Below are positions 58,575-64,000 of a stretch of DNA of 64,000 bases, piece by piece. The stretch's first letter is position 1, and each line of letters starts with the position of its first letter. The stretch is from Amoebophrya sp. A120 (Eukaryota > Protista > Dinoflagellata). A model generated the notes under the pieces. It had not been told where the DNA came from and ran no database searches. It saw nothing but the letters and a program-made list of their open reading frames with translations. The stretch spans positions 10,134,381 to 10,198,380 of the forward strand of contig CAJINV010000004.1 of assembly GCA_905178155.1 (NCBI GenBank), read 5' to 3'. The translations under genes and the position numbers were made by a program.

Positions 58575-61040
58575 TAATGCCGCAGGAGAATCATCTCTCT
58601 CCACCAAGGTGAGAGTTTTTTGCTCTCAGTCTGGAGGAGCCGAAAGGCGAAGGGGTCAGATGGCACTTACGATGAACCACGAAGACGTAATATACGGAAC
58701 CGCGGAGATACATAAATGACGAGCCTGGATCATCTCTTATTCCGATCTGAAGTTCTCTCTTGTTGTTTATTTATATGAAAAATCCAAATTATTAAAACTT
58801 TTATATTTACCATTTATTTCATGTTAAGCTCCTAGTAGTGGTGAGCCGGCACCTTTGCCCTCTACGAGCAACATCTACTTCACATTTCTAAGCAAGCACT
58901 CCGTCCTACAGATGACCTCTTCTTCGTGTCTACTTTTTAAAGTAGCGAGGCCGTAGCTGTTAGAGAGACCGGCGGCTACTTCTAGTGATGAAGTGTCATT
59001 CTAGAAGCGCGCGTACGGTATTTCTCCATCTATCACGAGCAGTTTGACCTCGAGATGTTTTTGACGTATATAGCATGAGAGATTATTCCACTTCAAAATC
59101 AAACCAACGCTTGACAATAAAGTGATGCAGAAAAAATGTACAGCAAAAATTCGGCGGCTTTTGTATTCCCTACAAATTTCTAGATGTTAAAACAGGTCGG
59201 AGCATGTTTGCCATATAATTACTTGCATGATATTTTCTTCTCCAAAAAATTATCCAAATTTGACTTTTATTACCACGGACCACGCGACGTGTGCATGTGG
59301 TAGTTCTGCTGAGAAACTATACCATTTTTTGGTACTAGCAGCATACTCCGCCTTCTATTGACGAAGAAGTAGCACGTATTGACGCTTGAACGTACTGACC
59401 GAGTCCTTTTCCGAGAACACCGGACGGGAGGAAAGGTGGGTGAAAGGCCAGCCCTTTGTACAAGACGAGGAAGAAAAATGGGCTCTCGCTTCAGGAGGAG
59501 GATGAGGAGCCGAACGATGTCTCGAGAAGACTGAATATGAATCAATACGCGCGTGTGTACTTACAGTTACATCCACGAAAAAAAAACGAGAAGAAGAATT
59601 TGCTCAAACTGATTGACGGATACTTACACGTGTGCTGAAGAGTTAATGAACGAATTTGATCTTCATCTGTGTTGTGGTGCAGCAGCTCTACCTCATAAAA
59701 ATGAAAGTGCTCAAGCACGCGGCACACACTAAATGAGTTGTAGCAGTATAACACGAACAATTTTGCAATACCAGCGGCCCACGAGAACCATACACTGAGA
59801 GCGCCGATCAAGAACATGATGAGATTCCGCTTACTGAGACGACCTGCTCTCTCCACGCACAATTAGAGCCTCGGTAAAATAAATACATGAAGAAAACTGT
59901 GGGTAGGATTAGGACCTAAAAAACGAAAACCTTTCCTATTTCGCTGAGAAAAGTACAAATATTGTCGAACTCGAAGCGGAGCAGCTCCTCACATTGGAGC
60001 GGTTTCGCCCAAAAAAGTGCTGCCCCAGCGTGCACCATCCGTGTCCTTGAAAGTCTTTTACATGAAAGTTGCTCGTCAGCTTGCACATGCCAACAGACGA
60101 GGTGTGTGACCTGCATGATGTACTTTTTGATTTATTAAATGTAAGAAATAATTACCCTTACACGCAAAATCGGTCGTCCTGCCTCCAATCGGTGCTCTGG
60201 CATCATGCACTTTCTAACAATTGCTTCATATGTCGGTTTGGTTTGCCTCACGCTCGCACAGGCACAGGTCTGGTATTTGAGTGAAGAACAAGGAAGTCTG
60301 TCTGTCAACTCCTGGCTCTATTGTCATTTCATCCGTATGCAAATGTCAAATATTTTTCATTCCGTATGCACATAAGTATCGAGTTCTATCTAAAGGTCGA
60401 AAACAAGACAAGAGCATCGAGAGCGATATAATGCATGCGAAGCCGATTGTGGGCCTTCAATTTCAAATAAATCAATTGTAGCAGCCCCAACGGAAGTCTA
60501 CGTCTGTCTTCTGCAGAGGTAGTACTAAAGCGATGAGATATCATCGCCTGGACAAGGTGTAGTGTTTCGATCGAGCGAAAACGAAATTGCAAAGAGAAAT
60601 ATAACGAAGACAACATTATGATAAATAAAAGTGAGAGCATTGTATCGGCTACAGTACCGAAGCGGACCAAATATTGCCGAATACAAATTTTGGAAGATGT
60701 TGAGGCCCGGAACAAAAAGATAAGGCACCATCACAATACGACTTCTAAGCACCTTCAGGACAAGAAGTACAACAAAGTGGCTACGGAATGAAATTATCAC
60801 GTCGACACCCGACACCCATGTTTCATCCCGCATCTATTGTAATCCTGTACTTCCTAGAAGTACCTATATTACGCCGCGCATTTTTCTTAGATTACCCCAA
60901 GAACCAAACGCCAGCCACATCGAAGCAAGGCCGGCGCGAGACGATGACCTCCACATAGCTGTGTAAGTCTGGCGCTGGTCGTGCACCAGGACTAGAAGTA
61001 GTGATTATAGTGTGTACTTCTACTACGCACTCTAAGAACC

Positions 61041-64000
61041 ATGCTCCGTCAAGACAAGTTTTTGCTGGCCGCGCACCCGGACTACCTCGCGTCCGAGGAA
61101 GAAACCAGACAGTTCATCCATCACTGCTTCAGAAACAACCTGAATCTACTTGCCGCCAGCTTCGGGTACGACCAGGTCCTGGGAAGTAGCACTACATCTT
61201 CTTCAAGGGCGGGTGGGGACCACGAGGACCCGGGTGATATTGAGCGCACGACCACCACCGCTTGTAACTCTAATTATGACGGCAAGAACCCCGAGACACA
61301 CCCGGCGTACGCCCAGATGTTCCACACTGCGACGCGCATGCTCTGGCAGGCCAAGCAGGAGAAGCCGAAGAATCAGAAAGAGCTGCTGGAAAAGGGCGAA
61401 GCGTGGTTACGGGAGTGTTTGGAGTACCGGGAGCAGTACCGGCTGAAGGAGGCACTGTTTGACGTACCAAGTGCAAAAATGTCTGGGTCTGGAAGAATGC
61501 AACTTGTGATGCTACATTTGGATTCCAAAAAAAACTGTATTGCGTGAGTAGCAAAGGGAATGCAATTTTTGCTACGCTGAGAAGGCATTTGTCATGCGCA
61601 ATTATAGGCATCAAGAAGCCCTCAAAAAATCTGTATTGCTAGGGTATGCATCACAGACATCATGGCTCATGCAAAACGTGCATGACAAGTTTCAGAATCT
61701 TCCAGACCCAGACACTTTTGCATTTGATATGACGTAAAGTTCAACAAAACGCACGTTCGGCTGTTCCGGAATCTGCTGGGCTACGGTTTCAGCAACCGAG
61801 TCTCCAGAAAAGGGCAGTACGCCGTGCTCTGGACCCGGTTCGGCTACAGCGACTTTGCGGAATTGCAGAAACTGCCGCTGGAGGTCTGTGCCCGGTGCTG
61901 GATGCGAATTTGGGAGTACATGGGCACGGTGCAGATGCGGCACCTCTCCCTGATGGAGGGGAAAATTGTCGACCGCGTGTTGCTCATCGTGGACCTAGCC
62001 AACATGGGGGTTTCGGCGCTGGTACGATACTGAACTGTGAAACATTTTTTTCTCACCACGATCTCTGCCGACGGCGAAAGTTCTACTTGTGTGTGAACAT
62101 ATTCAGATGAAGGTGAAGCAATCGTCTTCTAAGTTCTACTCATATCTTCCAACTATGCCCCAAATACTGTAAATCCAGTCTCAAAATTATCTCAAAACAG
62201 TCCTGGCTCCGCACGTTTCTAAAGCACGTCGCGAATCACACACGGCACCTTTTTCCGGAGTCCATGGCCCACATTCTGATCGTAAACATGCACTGGCTGA
62301 TCCGGGCGCCGACAAACACGCTGTCGCGACTGTTTTTGAATCCCGCCACGCTGTACAAGTTCCGATTTCTCTCCGCGGTGGAGGAGTTGCAGGAGTTCCT
62401 CGACGTGCGGGACATCCCACTCTACTTGAACGGGAAGAACGCCGACCCCCTCCTCAACCCCGACCCGGTCACGGGCCGGCTCCCCGGGGGCCAGGAGGCG
62501 ATTTGGACACAGCAGATGGTGAGAGGGGAAGTAGACGCGAGCGAATATCTAGCCGCGAGAGAGCCTTACGACCGCCACGGAGGATGTAGTAGTAGTATTG
62601 TCGGCGCAGGAGGAGGTGGAGGAGCTGCTGCTGCTGCACCTCCAGGGCAGAATATTACTAACTCGGCTGCAACATCGGCCACCACTACGACGAGTGTGCT
62701 TCCGGTGGGACGAAGAAGTTCATCTTCGAAAGCAAGCAAGAGCAAACTCACTGTTGCTCGTCCAACCCTTGATGCTCATCGTGGCCCACAGATCATGAAC
62801 GCGGATAGTTTTACCAAGGACAGCATCAACCCTCGCGAACCCCCACCGCCGGAGCCAAAAGTGAACGAAGCTGATGGAGTCGTCTTCGGCGACCACTCTG
62901 GCGCAAACGTCTCCGTCAATCATGTAGTGGATGAAATATCAAGTAGACCCGGGGGCACCGCCCCCGGCGGAGAACCATCAGCAGCAGCCGCAGCACGGTC
63001 AGCGAATCTTAAAAGAACTTCTACAGGAAGTGGTCCTGCCGATGAAGTGGATGACCCACTCTGCTCGCGGACCCCTAGCACCTCCCGCCCCTCCAGCAGT
63101 GCCAGCGGAATTTCACTCGCGAAAACGATCTCCGTGTCGAGCAACGACCAGAGCGGGGCGGGCGGCCCAATGACAACGACGACCGGAGCTGGTACTAGTA
63201 GTAAGAATATCACCACCAGCACGACCACGTCCACGCAGCTTCGGCCAGTAGAGCACGACGTCGACGTGGTCGTCCCCACACCTCCCATCAACACGAAGAA
63301 CGCCCCCAGCAACTCTGGATATAGTAGCTCCCACTCCCAGCCCGCCCCTGAGGACGCAGTATGTTTAGTACCCTCTAGCAGTTGCGCAACAACGCCTAGT
63401 ACCTCCCAGAAGTCTTCGTTTTTGCAGGTTCATCTACCCAGTTCGTCTACACCGACCACCACCACCACGACCCCAAATTACATCAACCCGATCGAAGCCG
63501 TTCCATTTGGTGCTCCTGAGGATGCGAAAAGCTCCGCATCCACCACCAGCAGTACTGCCCCATCCAAAAAGTCCTGGTGGAACCGGCGCTCCTCCGACGA
63601 CCAAGCAGATGGCTGCTCTTCAGACACTGCTGCACAACAAGATTCCCCCCGCTCCCTACCCATGTCCAGTGTCGCGGCTCGGAAGATTGGGTGTTTCCCC
63701 GGTGCTGGCACCACCTCGCCGTCCAAAGGACCGCTCGTCCGGGGCGGCATTGCGAAAATGGTCTCGAGATCGTCCGCTTCTTCGACTTCTACCAAGGGAG
63801 GGGGTGTTGAGCAGAAGTCTAGTAGTACTTCTTCTAAACAGCCTCTGCCTCACACGACCACCAGCACCACGAACCGAGCATCTTTACTGTTGCAAAACGA
63901 CGCCCAAATCGACGATTTGTTGGACAAGATGGACGCGGGCGTTCTGGCGACTGGCACGGTCCCGGTCGTTGTTTCTGGTAGAAGGAAATCGTCTTCTGTG
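61041..64000 (+). CDS. CRAL-TRIO/Sec14-like protein, paralog of 29676-34455, 3' partial
   Basis: MLRQD...LNLLAAS start shared with the paralog. LLIVDLANM and LFPESMAHILIVNMHWLIRAP align to the paralog. One introner (61465-61734) and one GT-AG intron (62022-62200). Confidence 0.7.
61465..61734. mobile_element. Introner family A
   Basis: DR TGACG. Confidence 0.85.
62022..62200 (+). other. Canonical GT-AG intron
   Basis: CTG|GTACGA...AAACAG|TCCTGG gives SWLRTFLKH, aligning to paralog NYLRKFLAS. Confidence 0.6.

Noticed and set aside
231-61734. Recurrent peptides such as LQICLGLE, PDPDIFAFD and SNAKMSGSG in many ORFs as a protein repeat domain
   Set aside because: They are translations of family A TIRs in different frames and strands.
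1-64000. Dinoflagellate spliced-leader relics, tRNA or rRNA genes
   Set aside because: No CCGTAGCCATTTTGGCTCAAG-like sequence or structural RNA recognised by eye; a covariance-model search was not possible.

Overview
Eukaryotic (protist) genomic DNA, not prokaryotic. Eight protein-coding genes lie co-oriented on the + strand: an M16 metallopeptidase (5' partial), a GNAT acetyltransferase, a pentameric ligand-gated ion channel, a low-complexity protein, a GH81-GH16 beta-1,3-glucanase fusion, two CRAL-TRIO/Sec14 paralogs and a 22-kb membrane-protein gene. Their reading frames are interrupted by about 49 insertions bounded by terminal inverted repeats (TIRs), nearly all starting TAT and ending ATA and flanked by a 5-nt direct repeat (DR). 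Removing each element plus 5 nt restores the frame in every case I traced, so they behave as non-canonical introns (introners). Only about 3-5 introns are GT-AG. This architecture matches what is described for the parasitic dinoflagellate Amoebophrya (taxon is inferred). Larger mobile elements sit inside introners: a triple-nested MITE stack, a 3.1-kb repeat-rich insert with a possible PIF1-helicase relic, a Ty1/Copia LTR element, and an 8.2-kb giant palindromic element with a perfect 170-bp central palindrome. One TIR element is flanked by a 50-bp target duplication. All gene models are hand-spliced without RNA evidence. Introner coordinates run from the first TIR base through the 3' DR copy.
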